A stretch of 64,000 bases of DNA from Rhizophagus irregularis (taxonomy: Eukaryota): positions 2,480,001 through 2,544,000 of the forward strand of contig NC_089430.1 in NCBI RefSeq assembly GCF_026210795.1, in the 5' to 3' direction. Every line of letters begins with the position of its first letter. The stretch's first letter is position 1. A program made the translations under genes and the position numbers. This document shows positions 25,242 through 39,135 of this stretch, one piece after another. The notes beneath the pieces were generated by a model. The model made no database searches. It was given only the letters and a program-made list of their open reading frames with translations, and was not told the DNA's origin.

Positions 25242-26624
25242 TTTTGCTATACCGTTCCTTGTTTACAATTTTAAGTGGCGCAGTCAGATTGCAAAACTTC
25301 CTACGCTGTTCTCTCTTTTTTTTTATTATTATTAATACTATTAGCTAACCAGGCTATTGAATTTTAAAGAGAAAAAATCTAACGTGGGCTAATTCTTAGT
25401 TGAAAGAGAAATAAATTGATTTGATGGAATCGAGGATGAACGGGATGAACGGTCAAAAAGTTGCACTAGATAACTCCTTGAAGCATCCCTTCTTAAGTCT
25501 GTTTGTGGCAAAAAAATTCTTTTGTTTGGTTCACTCGTGTTCCGTTACTTTTTAAACTTCAATAGGTATGATCGTTGTCGTGCAAGTGTTTTCAATTCAT
25601 ATGAAGGCCTCGTGACACACCACTTTAACAGTAATATGAAACTATTTATTATATAACTTTAAAATCAGGTTTTGTTTTATTTATAGTTGGAAGTTAAGAA
25701 TGGCTTTGAAACTTATTCGATCTTATCATAAACATTTTAACATCATCTAGTGATTTACGCCAGATTTGGGTTTGCAAAGAAATGCTGTTGTTGCAAATAA
25801 AAATTTTTCTAATTATGCAGATAAGAACCATTATAATACGCCGAGAGTAATCAAAAAGGCATATGTAACGCCAAAATGTGCCAAACTCTGAATATTCACG
25901 AGCTTTCTAAACTTTCTTTGGTCTTCGAATTAAATAGACTACTAAACTGGCAAAATTGCAATCTTGAATAGTTATTTCTAGTGCAGGTCGGCATGTTTCG
26001 CACGGCCCACAATTATACGAAAAAATTCCTTTTGCCCATAAAATCGTATTTCCTAAAGAGGTCCAATTTAATCTAGGCCATTTTAAAACTAGTTTTTACA
26101 CAACTAATTAATTCACATAGAGACCAAAACATTTAGTTTTAAATAATTCTTACTAATTTTGGAATTCCACGTTTAATGGTTTGACCAAAGTTGTCGAACC
26201 ACAAACGTAATCAGGGGCTTCACTTTGTGTTTGAGTATATTAAAAGGTATTTCATTTTTTTTATATGCGACTATTTTGGGCTAATGAACTTATTAAAATC
26301 ACAACTTTTAAGGTGAATGAAATCCGATAACTGACCGCAGTACAAGCGCAGTAACAGGAAAAATCATTGTAATTTTTTATTTTGTTTCACGATTTTTTTT
26401 TTTTTGTATTACATTTGAAATCAGATGAAATAAAATCTTATCAAGGTTTTTTCCTATATTATACCCTTTTGCCCCAAACCCTGTTTGGCGTGATAATCCA
26501 GTAGCCGAACGATTACCTAGTGTATAAAAAAAAACCAAACATGACGTAGCATCAGCGGTTCAATAATTGCCGCAGCTACCGCAGTCAAAATTATTTGATC
26601 ACAAAAATAAAAAAAAACCCTATT

Positions 26625-26696
26625 TTCCGCATCGGGGAATCGAACCCCGGCCGTCGCGGTGAAAGCGCGAAATCCTAACCACTGGACCAATGCGGA
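26625..26696 (-). tRNA. trnE: tRNA-Glu (anticodon TTC), intronless
   Basis: TCCGCAT/ATGCGGA acceptor stem, TGGTCCAGTGGTTAGG D-arm, TCGCG-CTTTCAC-CGCGA anticodon arm, GGTTCGATTCC T-loop, downstream T-run. Confidence 0.97.
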
Positions 26697-27559
26697 TGAA
26701 CTTCTTACTATGAGAATTTTATTACAATTGTAATATTTTTGATTAACTTTAGTTTGTGGCGCAGTATAACACCGTGAGATTTTCGTGCACGTGAGATTTA
26801 TACAGGATGAAAAAAAAAGAGAAAGGATATGTAATTCCAATAAATTTGCAGTTTATATTTATGTTGTACTTTTATAATAAATTCTCTTTTTTCATAACTA
26901 AAATTTTACTATTTTGTTATTAATATTATAATATATTGGTATCTGGTATATCAAGACATCTAGTATGTAATGGCTGGACAGTTTCTTAAATCCGATTTTT
27001 TCTGCGCAAAGTGTTACGTAACAACGTAACGACTAATGATCACCGTATGTAATACGTAGATCAGCACTAAACCGTGATATTGCCCACATTCTGGAAGGTG
27101 AAGGAACTAAGCACAACTTTCATAATACTTTAAAAGAGAAGGAAAATCGTTTCAACTTAATTTAACGGAAAGGTAACTCCCAAACATTTTCCTACCTAAT
27201 TCAGGAGTATCAGTATTCTTCCTGGTACCCACCTTCGCGTCTCGCGTCTATTTGAACTATTGGGGTATTGTACAAAAGAAATACGGAACTTTCTAACTTC
27301 TATTCTATTTCTAACAAAGTGGATTCAGAGCATAATGACTCAATTATAGGGAAGAAGGCAAGCAAATCTGGTATGTTTCGATTTTATCAATACATCTTCC
27401 AATAAAGTTATGATTTGTCTTTATAGCTTATGTTTATATACTGAAAGTCTTGGACTATTAAGCACTGCAAACAAATTTTAATCACAAAAAGTCCGTAAAG
27501 ATTACGAAGATCTGATGACTTCACGCAATAAACGATTTCTTGACAATACTTTGGCGAAT

Positions 27560-28260
27560 AATGAAGAAGTGTCCAAGAGGTCAGCATAGAATATAGTTTC
27601 GAATGTCTGCACAGTTAAAACTACTCCGAGTCTCTCCAGATCGACTCGAAATTAATATCACGCTATGATCTAGAAAAGTTGAAAAAGAATACTTGTCATT
27701 AGACCCTAATTGTATGTGGATGCTAAGCAAAGTGGAAGAGGTTATTTATAAATACGCGAGAAATTTACATTATTTCCTGATAATGAATGGAAAGAAAAGA
27801 AATTTTTAGTACAGAAGTTGAGAGCTCTCCAAACTTGAACGTTCTCTTATAGAATTAATGAAAATACACAATTGATGACATAACAAATCGGACTTTACTT
27901 TATAAATTACGCATACTCGGTATTTTGATTTTGTGGTAAAAACAAGAAAATCCATTTAATGATTCAAAATTAGAAGGGTAGTACGAGATGAATATTTGGG
28001 TCGTTTGATTGGTTCAGCTTTAGATAATCAGAAAAATTGATCTAGTGCGCGGAGAGGCATGAGTTACGCATCGGGAAAAACTATAAAAGGACAACAAATG
28101 ATCAAAAGAAGAATGGACGTAAAGGAGATGACTATATGGGGATCGTTTAGAATTTGGGCCGATAGAGACTGGGAAGGAAACAACGGAACAAGGTACTTGA
28201 ATGATTCTTTAAAATTAGAAGGACATGATATAACAGCTTATTATTTATTGCGTGTGATGA
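27560..28260 (+). pseudogene. Decayed Crinkler-like / restriction-fold nuclease domain gene
   Basis: Fragments in changing frames: LDPNCMWMLS..KVEEVIYKYARNL, KLEG*YEMNIW, IDLVRG, GTRYLNDSLKL; family assignment from recollection. Confidence 0.4.
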
Positions 28261-31200
28261 GAGAGATGATAAATGGCTTGATAAAGTCCTACTTATTTAT
28301 AATAAATATTACTAGCTTAAGATATATAAAAATTAAAAATGAATTTAACTAATAATTCTGGATTTTAATTTGATAAGATTTTCATATTATAAATATTAGG
28401 GTAAATCTAAATCTCGCCCCAATGTGTGATGCTTAAGGCTCCAAAAAGGAATTTTTATGCCGATTATTTAATTCTGGGCAGAATTAAATACGTCCCGTGA
28501 TTTAACGAAAAAAAAAAAAAGTTTTGTCAAATAAGTCAAAGTATAACATTTAAAATCATCTTTGATGTTTTAAGTAGCATTTTTTATTACAGAATATGAG
28601 ATTTAAGCATAATATAGGGAGGTAAAATACACATTTATTTTAAATATTATCATAATAGATTAAATAATAGTAAAATTATTTTTTTTATGATTATTAATTT
28701 TTATATAAATTTATTATTTAATAACTGTAGCTTACTGGGCATATCTGCAGGCCAGTTAGGATGTTTTTAGAATAGTTCTATATTTATATAAAATCAATAT
28801 TTTAAATATTTTAATAAAACACTGCTGAATATTTTCTTTATACTAGTAATAATAATTAGTGAAATAATTTTATCTTTTAATGCTTTTAATGGGTTGATAA
28901 TATCAAAAAGAAGGCCAGATGGGTAATATAATCTGTTATAAGTTTTATATTATATATAAAATTCTTCTTATTGGTTTAATTTAACTGATTTTGCTCTTTA
29001 AGATATTATTATATATCTTTGTCAGATTTTCTTTACAGTTGGTATACCATCTATTGATAAGAATCAATAGGTAAATAAGTTGAATAAAAAAAATATTTAT
29101 AATTGAGAATTGGCAACTATCATTTATTGTATTTACATAACTCAAATTTATACAATTATAGTTAAAAGTTATTAATAATTAATTTTTAACCAAATCATCA
29201 CTTAAACATTACTATTAGATGGAGATTGAAGATTTATTAAAGAACTTGGATGCATTTTGATTTCATTCACTCTTTATATATAGGTTTCATTGATAAAAAA
29301 AATTTTTGAGATATTCGCGTCAGGAAATTGAAAGAGAGAACGCAACAAGATCCGATGGATATAGACGTAGATAATAAGAATGTAACCGCGGCCTAATTCT
29401 GGGAAACTGTTAGCGTGGCCTTCAAGAGGTACATGACATCTATATTATTATGTTTGGAGCCTATAAGTATGGTTCTAATCCTGACCAAAATATTTCACAA
29501 TCACAATCCATCAACCTTTAACTGGAAATTTCGCGTAGAAAAACAGCTTATACCTAAAAAATTGATTAATAAAAAAAAAAAGATAAGAAAAGTATTTCTT
29601 TACCTACAAAAGAAAAAAAGAAATTCTAAGGATAACAGACACGCTAAAAGGTTTGTTCATCTATGTACTTGTAACATTATTGTATATGAAATTTTTTTTA
29701 TTATTTTCTTTCTTTTTTACTTATGTACCAACCAATTTCCAAATACGATGTTTAATAAAAACGTTAAGTGAAATTGGTGATACAGAGTGATGATGACTTC
29801 CTTTATTACTTTCGGAAAAAGGGTATGAATGATTTGACAAAGAAGGAGAAATTTATCCAATTTGAATACCAGCGATCCATTCAAGTTTGTCAATAAATTC
29901 ATTGATTAAATATTGAAACGTACCATTTAAGTCACGGTTGTGTTATGTCAAGCTGGTAATTAAGTAAGAAGAAATCTTCATTAGAACAAAAAAAACTTGG
30001 GAAATGAAAACTTAACCAAAAAAGATGTCCAATAATAAAATACCATATCTAAAACTCCAAAACTTCCAACTTCTAAATATTTAAAAAGAAGAATCAATCA
30101 CCAAATCCACTTTTAGCATTTTTATTACTGGTCTTGAAATAACTTTTCCAAAAAATCCTTACTACTTATAAAACCATTATATGTTAAATTCATATTAATA
30201 CTCAAATTCGGTAAAATTTTCTTTACCTTTAACATATTCCGATCAGCAATAATAGGACCTAGACTTTTCTCATTTGTCATTTCATCTCTGACATCTTTTC
30301 AAGGTGACTTATAATATAGAATTATATTTAAATCCAATTTATTTTACAAGTGATAAAAGTGCATCGTGTAAAATTTTTTGCAGAAGTATCACATATCTAA
30401 TTTGCCTGCAGTTCCGTCCAAAATTTTGCGGTGATTAACCTAAAAAATAAAAAATGCTTCAGAATAAGTGTCTTTGTTTCGTTTGAAAAAATGAAAATAA
30501 ATGTATAATTTACATTTATAATAAATTTAGATACACGTTTTCCACCCATCCACTGTCAAACCGTTTGATCATATATTTTTCCTTCAATAATTTTCTAACA
30601 GCATCAATGATAGCTTTCATCCAATATTCAGTTAATTCAATATATAGATCACATTTAATTTCGTGTAATAGAGGTGGTTTCCAAGCGAAGAAATGAAAAT
30701 GTTGTAGTATAAGTAAAATGAACAGCGTAATCTAACATAGCTCCTGATAGCAGGTTTAACCCTATTATAACTTTAATCATTAATTTGTCCCATTTTGAGT
30801 AAGGAAAACCATCTTGATATTTTTCTCCATACTATTTAATACATTAGTTACTGAATGAATTGTTAAACGTGAAATATTCGACGTGAGAATCGATAAGACT
30901 ATTTATTAATGACAATCGTTGAGGTTTATCACGCGTCGCTTTAAGGGGAATTTAGGAAAGAATATAATTACAAGAATGGAGTTTAATATGACTGAAAACT
31001 TTACTGAGTAAAAGAAAGCAAGGCGAATTATCGCTCATGTTTGGCTATTTATTGATTTTATTCACCATGCCTTCATTTTTTAAAATTTATGAGGCTGTTT
31101 TCTATAATTTATTACTCTCACTCTAAATTATCTTTAAAATCGTTTTTTTTTTTAAAATGAAATATATAAATAAACAGATAAAAGATAATGCATGAAAGCA

Positions 31201-31485
31201 AAAGTTCAAAGCCCTGGAAAAAACATCCGATTTTGATGCGCAACAATCAATTTTCAAATGCAATGATGAAAAGATTGAAAAGCCTCGTAATTTTATATTT
31301 AAACTATGGTCAATCATATCCATAAATAGGGTATATAGCAAAAAAATTTGAAGCCATAATATCTTTCACATGATTCTCCAAGTAAATAAACGCATTTTTT
31401 TTTTTTTGATGAATTGAATAAATATGCTAAGCCAAAAATAATTCTTTCAACCCTTTTTTCTTAACATTGATCGTCATTAAAAAAA

Positions 31486-32977
31486 ATGAATTATGAAAAT
31501 GATAGAAAAGAGACAAGATCATTAAATTTATTAAAGAATATTAAAAAAATTTTTAGCTTCGTTGGACCAGGATATGGTAACTATTTAATAAAATAACAGA
31601 TTTTATTTATTTTTTAACATAAATTAATTTTTTTCAATACTTTCAGTTATTGCAGTTGGATATCTTGATCCAGGAAATTGGGCGACAGATTTATCAGCAG
31701 GATCACAATTTGGATATAAATTATTATTCGTATTATTTTTTTCGAATATAATGACAATTATGTTACAATTATTATCAATTAAATTGGGATTAGTAGCAGG
31801 ATTAGATTTAGCGCAAGCATGTAAAGCATTTTGGCCCAAATATATAAATTATATGCTTTACGTATTATGTGAATTAGCAATAATATCATATGATTTATCT
31901 GATGTAATCGGAAGTGCGATGGGATTAAAATTATTATTTTCTATACCATTACCATGGGGAGTAGCAATAACAACGATAAATGTAATGATTTTATTACTTT
32001 TTTATCGTAGAGAGGATATGAGAGGAGCAAGAATATTAGAATCAATGGTAATGATATTAATTGGAGTTGTAGGAATTTGTTTTATAATAGGATTGATTTA
32101 TTCAAAACCTGATGGAAAAGAAGTTTTAAAAGGATTTTTACCAAATATAGAAATTTTTACCAATTCATCAGAATTATATATTACTATTGGTATAATTGGA
32201 GCAACGATTATGCCACAAAACTTATATTTACATTCATATTTTGTAAAAGCAAGAAAAAATTTACATTCAAAAGATAAGGAAAAGGATAAAGTAAAATTGA
32301 TTAAAAATTTGATTAAATTATCGGTAAAAGATTTAATTATAGCAATAATAATAGCATTATTTATTAATGCATCGATATTAATAGTATCAGCAGCTTATAA
32401 TAATTATAAAGTAGTAGCAAATTTCTCTGATACATATGAATTATTAAAAAGTTTTTTAGGAAAAGTGGCAGCGACAATATTTGCTTTAGCATTATTATTA
32501 TCAGGACAAAGTTCAACAATGACCACTACAGTGGCAGGACAAATTATTATGGAAGGATTTATTGGAATAGGATTAACACCATGGATAAGAAGTTTAATGA
32601 CTCGCAGTTTTGCTATTTTACCAGCAATGATAATCGCCATAATTAAAGGAGATAATGGATTAAATCAACTTTTAATAGCGACTCAAGTTATTTTAAGTAT
32701 TTATTTACCTTTTGCTATTATACCTTTAACATATTTTACAAGTATAAAAAAAGTGATGAGAATTGATATTACAGATGAAGCAATTAATGAAGAAGGAGAA
32801 GGAGAAGGAGGAGAAAAAGGTGGAAAAGAAGTAGATTTTGATGAAAAATATTTTTATGATTTTTCTAATTCAATTTATTTAATAATTATATCATGTATAA
32901 TTTGTATTATACTTTTAATTTTAAATATATATTTGATTTATTATATTATAATTGATTATGGAAATGTAAGTAAATAA
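31486..32977 (+). CDS. NRAMP-family divalent metal transporter (Smf-like), 2 exons, 473 aa
   Basis: Exons 31486-31576 and 31647-32977; GPGY/VIAVGYLDPGNWATD, GATIMPQNLYLHS, LSGQSSTMTTTVAGQIIMEGF; about 11 hydrophobic segments. Confidence 0.95.
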
Positions 32978-33018
32978 AAAAAAAAATAGAAATTTTTAAT
33001 AAAATATAAAATACATTT

Positions 33019-34731
33019 TTAATATAAGGTAAAAGTTCTAAAATTCCTAATAACGGGAATAATTTTTTTTGCTTTTTTATATACTTTACGACTAAATTTT
33101 ATATCATTACCATCAAAATTAAAAGTATTTAAACTTTTATATCTTTCAGCATAATTAATTATAGCTTCCAAATATTTATCATCCATTCCATCAATATGTA
33201 ATACTAAAACTTTTAATCTAGAAGAACAATTTTCAAATAAAATTTTTAACATTGTAGGAGTTAAATGAAAAGTTATATCTAAATAATATAAAGATTTTGG
33301 TATAGATTTTGCTATACGAACTATTAATTCAAAAGTTAAAGAAATTTTTCTATATTCAAATAAATATAAATATTCAATATTATTTAAAATTGATAATATA
33401 GGTAAAAAATGATCTAAAGTTAAATTATCAATAGTTAAATATAAATTTGAAATTTTTGAACAATATAAATTAATTATATCAAGTAATTCAGTTGTAACAT
33501 TTTGAAATTTTAATTCTTTTAAATTTCTATTTGCCATTTTAATAATAATTCCTCTAACTAAAGTTAAAAAATGAGGATCATCACCATGATCATAACAAAT
33601 TAATCTTTTTATAAAAATTTGTTGTTTTGATGAAGTTAAATTAGCAAAATCTTCCCTATTTAATTCTCTTTCATCTTGATCTTGTTCTCTAATAGTCCAA
33701 AATTCCAAAGTTTCTAAATTTTTACATTTTGTTAATACAGGTAATAATAAATGATATTGTGTAAATCTAGTTAAACTTAAATATGTTAAAGAATTTGATT
33801 GACTTTCTAATGCATCATAAAATAAATCTGAACAACAATTACTCCAAGTATTCCAAAATTCACAAATTTTAAGATATTTTAAATTATATTGATATTTAAT
33901 TAAATCTAATATTGGTTTACAATATCTTAATTGTATTTGTTTTTTCTTTCCAATTTCAAGTAATATTGAAATATTTTGTAAATTACGATTAAATAATGAT
34001 AATTTACTTGCAAGTTGAGAAAATCTTTCTGCTCTAGAAACCCAATTTTCATGAAATATTGTATCTTTTAATTCTAATGTTTCAAGTTTTGAAAATATTT
34101 GAAAAATTTCATTATTTGAATATAAATTTAATATATTAATTAATCCTGTACTATCATGATCATATTTAAGATGTCTCAAATTTTTTGAATGTGTTAATAA
34201 ATATGGTCCTATTAATTGATTACATAATTCTGTCTTATATTTTAATTCTGCTGGACTTAATTTATCCATTAAATTTTTAGAATTTTGATGTAATCCTGTT
34301 TTTCCTACCCATTGACTTAATGCTATTTGAAAATTTAAACAATCAAATCCTTTTAAATATTTTGGATAATCAAATAATGGTTTTTTCTTTGGATCTGATA
34401 ATTTTATTCCTTTATTTGCTAATAACTGTTTCTTTTCAATTGAAAGACATGAAATATATGTCCAAAAGATATTAATATTATTCCCATACATTGGATTTTC
34501 AAAAGGTCGTGACCAAAGTATTGGTATTGCCAATTCACTCCATGAACGATTGATTAATATACATGAGAAAAGTGTTGTTTTATCATCTTTTAAATATTTA
34601 AATATTTCTTCCAAACAATAATTTGTTAATTTTGTTGCAAATTTATTTGTCGTTCTAATGTTATTAGATTTCTTTTTGAAATTGTAATAATTATATATAT
34701 TAATATTGTGTAAATTATGTGTTTCCATCAT
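33019..34731 (-). CDS. F-box / RNI-like leucine-rich repeat protein, intronless, 570 aa
   Basis: LTNYCLEEIFKYL..LFSCILINRSWSELAIPILWSRPF, PLFDYPKYLK, repeated LxxLxL motifs. Confidence 0.9.
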   Translation of the reverse strand: MMETHNLHNINIYNYYNFKKKSNNIRTTNKFATKLTNYCLEEIFKYLKDDKTTLFSCILINRSWSELAIPILWSRPFENPMYGNNINIFWTYISCLSIEKKQLLANKGIKLSDPKKKPLFDYPKYLKGFDCLNFQIALSQWVGKTGLHQNSKNLMDKLSPAELKYKTELCNQLIGPYLLTHSKNLRHLKYDHDSTGLINILNLYSNNEIFQIFSKLETLELKDTIFHENWVSRAERFSQLASKLSLFNRNLQNISILLEIGKKKQIQLRYCKPILDLIKYQYNLKYLKICEFWNTWSNCCSDLFYDALESQSNSLTYLSLTRFTQYHLLLPVLTKCKNLETLEFWTIREQDQDERELNREDFANLTSSKQQIFIKRLICYDHGDDPHFLTLVRGIIIKMANRNLKELKFQNVTTELLDIINLYCSKISNLYLTIDNLTLDHFLPILSILNNIEYLYLFEYRKISLTFELIVRIAKSIPKSLYYLDITFHLTPTMLKILFENCSSRLKVLVLHIDGMDDKYLEAIINYAERYKSLNTFNFDGNDIKFSRKVYKKAKKIIPVIRNFRTFTLY

Positions 34732-34748
34732 TGAATGATATTTATAAT

Positions 34749-34836
34749 AAAAGTTTATACAAAGTAAGTTTATATAAAGTTTATACAGAGTTTATATAAA
34801 GTTTATACAAAGTTTGTATAAAGTTTATATAAAGTT
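34749..34836. repeat. 11-bp tandem repeat (AAAGTTTATAY) just upstream of the F-box start codon
   Basis: About 7 copies by inspection. Confidence 0.8.
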
Positions 34837-35685
34837 TTAAAGGTTAAAATTTTTTTAAGCGGTTTTTTTTTTTTCTTATTCCCAACGGAATTTCTATTTC
34901 TTCATTTATATTTATGTGTCCGACGTGTTTCAAACCAGATTTAGTGAATAATCCCGATGTAACGTCTAACTAAGATTACATCACAAGATATCAAAGATAT
35001 CATTAAACACGTGTTAAAAGTTTGTGTTTCATGCTTCTTCCGCAGCTAAATCATGATACATACATTCTTTTTTTTTCATACTTTTCTATTTATGAATCTA
35101 ATATTTATTAAATTGGTTATGATTTGACGATCATCAAGATCTACTTTTAAGATGTTCCCGAATATTAACGCTATAAAGTAATTTGTATGTGGGAATTTTT
35201 TTTGTGATTCTAAAAAAAAAAAAAATTCTAAAATTTACTGTTTTACAATTCTGTATAAAGATATTCTTTAAATAACCAAATAAAGCATAAATTAAAAATA
35301 AGTTATACTATGCGTCACAAATTAAAAATGCTGCAAATTAATATTTTTTTTTTTTCATGTAACTTAGTGGCGTTACATCTTCTTCGGAAAATTTTTTTAC
35401 CGAATTGTTAGAATTTATTAGTGTAATTGTCTGGGAATTAAGAATTGAGGAGATTATGCAATGATTGTATATAGGTGTTACAGTAAATCAAAGAAAAAAG
35501 GTTTCTTTTCATAGAAATAAATATTTATCGGTTTATTCGGTTAATTTCCGGCCAATTTTCGGCGCGTACTAAAAAAATTTTGGTTAAACACGAAATAATA
35601 AAATTTGAATTCAGAATTTCTTACAAAATTCTTTTTTTTTCGATTCCTTTTCTTTCCATGAATTCATGAATTAAATTTAAATATT

Positions 35686-38229
35686 ATGTCACAAGAAATA
35701 AATAATCGCGATAATATGACAGAAGGTGTTTCGAGTACGTCCGCTATAATTGAAGTTCCGGAAACTAAAACGACAACTATTTCTACAAGCAAGACCGAAA
35801 ATCCTTTAATCAATAATGATGATAATAATAATGTAAAAGATGAAAAATCAAAGGTGAATTCATCTTTGGATGATATTATTAATAATAGAGACGTTGAGGT
35901 GGCAAATATTAGAAATGAAAAATCATATCAAGGAGAATTAAATACGAATTCGCATTCAGGAGATCATTCAAGAGTTCCTTTGACGAAAGCTAGATTAGCC
36001 TTGGTGTTTACTGGGTAAATAATTTTTTTAAATTAAAATCGTTATGTTATTATTAAAACTAATTGTATTAAACTTTATAGGCTTATGTTTGGCATTTTCT
36101 TAGCCGCTTTGGATCAAACTATAGTTGCCACTACATTACATGCAATTGCTGTTGAATTCTCGTCGCTTGATCAAATAGCATGGATCGGAACTGCATACTT
36201 ACTTACTGCGGTAAGATAAAGAAATTCACGTGATTTACATTTTTTTGAAAATTTTAATAATTTTTTATTATAAAGACTGCATTTCAACCTACATATGGAA
36301 AGCTTGCGGATATTTTTGGTAGAAAAATAACATTTTTGATAGCTATTTTCTTATTTGAAATTGGATCCCTTGTTTGTGGACTATCACCAAACATGGTAAT
36401 TAGATTAATTTTACAAAAAATTAACTTGTATTTGTTAAAAAAAAAAAACTTAAATTCAACACAGGTTTGTCTAATTATCGCACGTGCAATTGCTGGGCTC
36501 GGTGGTGGAGGCATCATTGGGTAATATAAATATATATTACTGTAAATTTATTTTCATTCATGTCTTTTCATATTTTATTATCTTTGATTGTTAGATTGGT
36601 TTATATTATTATCTCGGATATTGTTTCATTACAAGATCGTGGAAAATATCAAGGAATGATTGGAGGCGTTTTTGGTATTTCTTCGGTCGTCGGACCATTG
36701 CTTGGAGGTGCATTTACTGAGTGAGGCAATTTTTTAATTTCTAAAGAATTTTTTTGTTAGTATCTGAACATAAGCTTATACTTTTTTTTTACATTTTAGC
36801 TCTGTAACATGGAGGTAGTTATTGCAGAAAACAAAAAAGATCTACTTTCTAAAAATCTGATAACTTTTTTCTTTTGATAGATGGGCATTTTATATAAATC
36901 TTCCATTCGGTGTTATAACCGTTGTTTGTGTAATTTTATTCCTTCATTTACCACATATATCAGGATCATTTCTAGAAAAATTTAAAAGAATAGATTTTCT
37001 GGGAACATTTGTTCTAGTGATTGCGACAATAGCATTATTATTGCCGCTGAACTGGGGAGGAAATAAATATAAATGGGATTCACCTATTATCATTGTTTTA
37101 TTATGTATTGGAGGTTTGGGATTTATTGTATTTGCGCTTGTAGAAAAATATGTTGCGGTTGAACCAATTGCTCCCGGTAAGTGAACGGATTATTATTATT
37201 ATCCATCACATATTAAGATTATTTTGATGGTACAATTTTTTTAATTTTTTTTTTAAAAAAAAAAATTTAGGACGATTATTTAAGAATCGGATGGTAATAG
37301 CATGTTTTGCAGTGAATTTTTTCCAAGGAATGTCTTTCTTTGCAATGGTATATTTTATTCCTCTATTTTTTCAAATTGTAAAAGGTGCCACAGGTATGCA
37401 TAATATTATTTTCATGATTTTCTTTTTCTTATATTACCTCTCTTATTTATAAATTCTATTTATCATGTATATATATAGCCACAAAAGCTGGATTAGATTT
37501 ATTGCCACTTATTTTGGCAGTAGTTTTCACAGTTATATTTACAGGGCAATTAATATCACGTACACCTATAATTACGTACAAAATGTATTGTACTCTAGGT
37601 GGTATTTTTATTATAATCGGATCTGGATTGATGAGTACTTTTTCTGAAACTAGCAAAAAAGGAGAATTGATTGGATATCTATTGATTGCAGGTATTGGTA
37701 TAGGTAAGTTTCTCGAAAGTTTAGCTGAAACACAGGGAATTAAAAATTTTTATTAACTTCAATAACATTAATGTAGGATGTATAATGCAGATTACTATAT
37801 TAGCTTCGCAGCACGTTGCGGCTCGTGAAGATCTCGCTAGTGTTACCTCTTTAATGACTTTTTTTAGAACGAGTAAGTTCATGTAAAATAGCAAAGTATA
37901 CGAAGGAATTACTAATTATTTTTTGCTTCTTTTTTTATTTTATAGTTGGAGCGGTATTTGGCGTAGCAATTCTTGGCACAGTATTCAATAATGAATTAAA
38001 AAACCATTTATCAGGTGGTGCTAGTAGTTTTAGTCAAAGTGGATTTGGAGGAGGAGAAAGAGGAGGATTAGGGAATGTACCTGATTCCATTAAGCCACTT
38101 ATTTTGAATGCTTTTATATCATCATTTAGTCTTTCATTTAAAGTAGTAACTGTGATGGGTGCATTAACCCTTATTTCTGCATTATTTATGGAGAATACCA
38201 AACCAGCCGGAAAAAGAACAAGCGAGTAA
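35686..38229 (+). CDS. MFS DHA2-type (14-TMS) drug:H+ antiporter, multi-exon with a 15-nt micro-exon
   Basis: FLAALDQTIVAT, WIGTAYLL, PTYGKLADIFGRK, RAIAGLGGGG, RGKYQG, GPLLGGAFT, WRWAFYINLP across GT-AG introns; stop TAA 38227-38229. Confidence 0.93.
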
Positions 38230-38848
38230 ATTGTAGAAAAAGAATCAAAATAATGAACTTGTATAGTTGTAATTTTATTGTAAATTTTATGTATATTTTT
38301 TTTGTATGATAATTATGAAACTTATAGTTATTACAATTACTAAAACTTTTTGATTTTTTTGATAATTTGGCCTGTCTTATTATTGAATATAACATTTTTT
38401 TGATAGCGGTAATAGTATGGAGTGGCCGTCGTTCTCGCCGCAGAATATAATATTTCACATTACGTGATTTTCCATCAATTTATTCATATTACATAATAAA
38501 AAATTTAGTTTCGCTTAATTTTTATATATTTCTATTACACAACAAGTGCAACGAGTGAATAAATAAAAAAATGAAATATTAAGCTATACTCAAAATATAT
38601 TTTTTGATTAAATTTCTTTAGCAACAATTTTTGCTACACAATAAAATGAATATGGTGGATAATAAGTAATATTTTTTTTTTAGCAATAAAATTTTGTTTT
38701 ATTTGATTCTTCTCGTAAAATATCTTCTATACTCGAACCTACTTGTATACCCGTTGTTTTACCATTTTTTCTACGATCTATAAACTATAAATATGGACTC
38801 TTCCCTTCTCGAGGTCGTTGAGGTCGTGCTTCTACACTTCCTACATTG

Positions 38849-39135
38849 ACAACTCAAGAGGAAGAGGAACTTCAAATACTTACAATCGGAAGAGGAAATT
38901 CAAATACTTACAACACCAGGGCGACCTTTAAACGCGTATTTAATAACAACTCAAGAGGAAGAGGAACTTCAAATACTTGCAACGGAAGAGGAAATTCAAA
39001 TACTTACAACACCAGGGCGACCTTTAAACGCGTATGTTACTTTAATAACAACTCAAGAGGAAGAGGAACTTCAAATACTTACAACGGAAGAGGAAATTCA
39101 AATACTTACAACACCAGGGCGCGTATGTTACTTTA
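38849..39135 (+). repeat. ~95-100-bp tandem repeat, about 3 copies
   Basis: CAACTCAAGAGGAAGAGGAACTTCAAATACTT..GGAAGAGGAAATTCAAATACTTACAACACCAGGGCG repeated; internal sub-duplication. Confidence 0.9.

Noticed and set aside
26517..26840. 107-aa ORF
   Set aside because: Overlaps the tRNA-Glu gene and has no protein features
29300..30830. Genes in 29.3-30.8 kb (also 39.3-42.8 kb)
   Set aside because: Only short stop-riddled exon-like fragments; no family could be assigned with support
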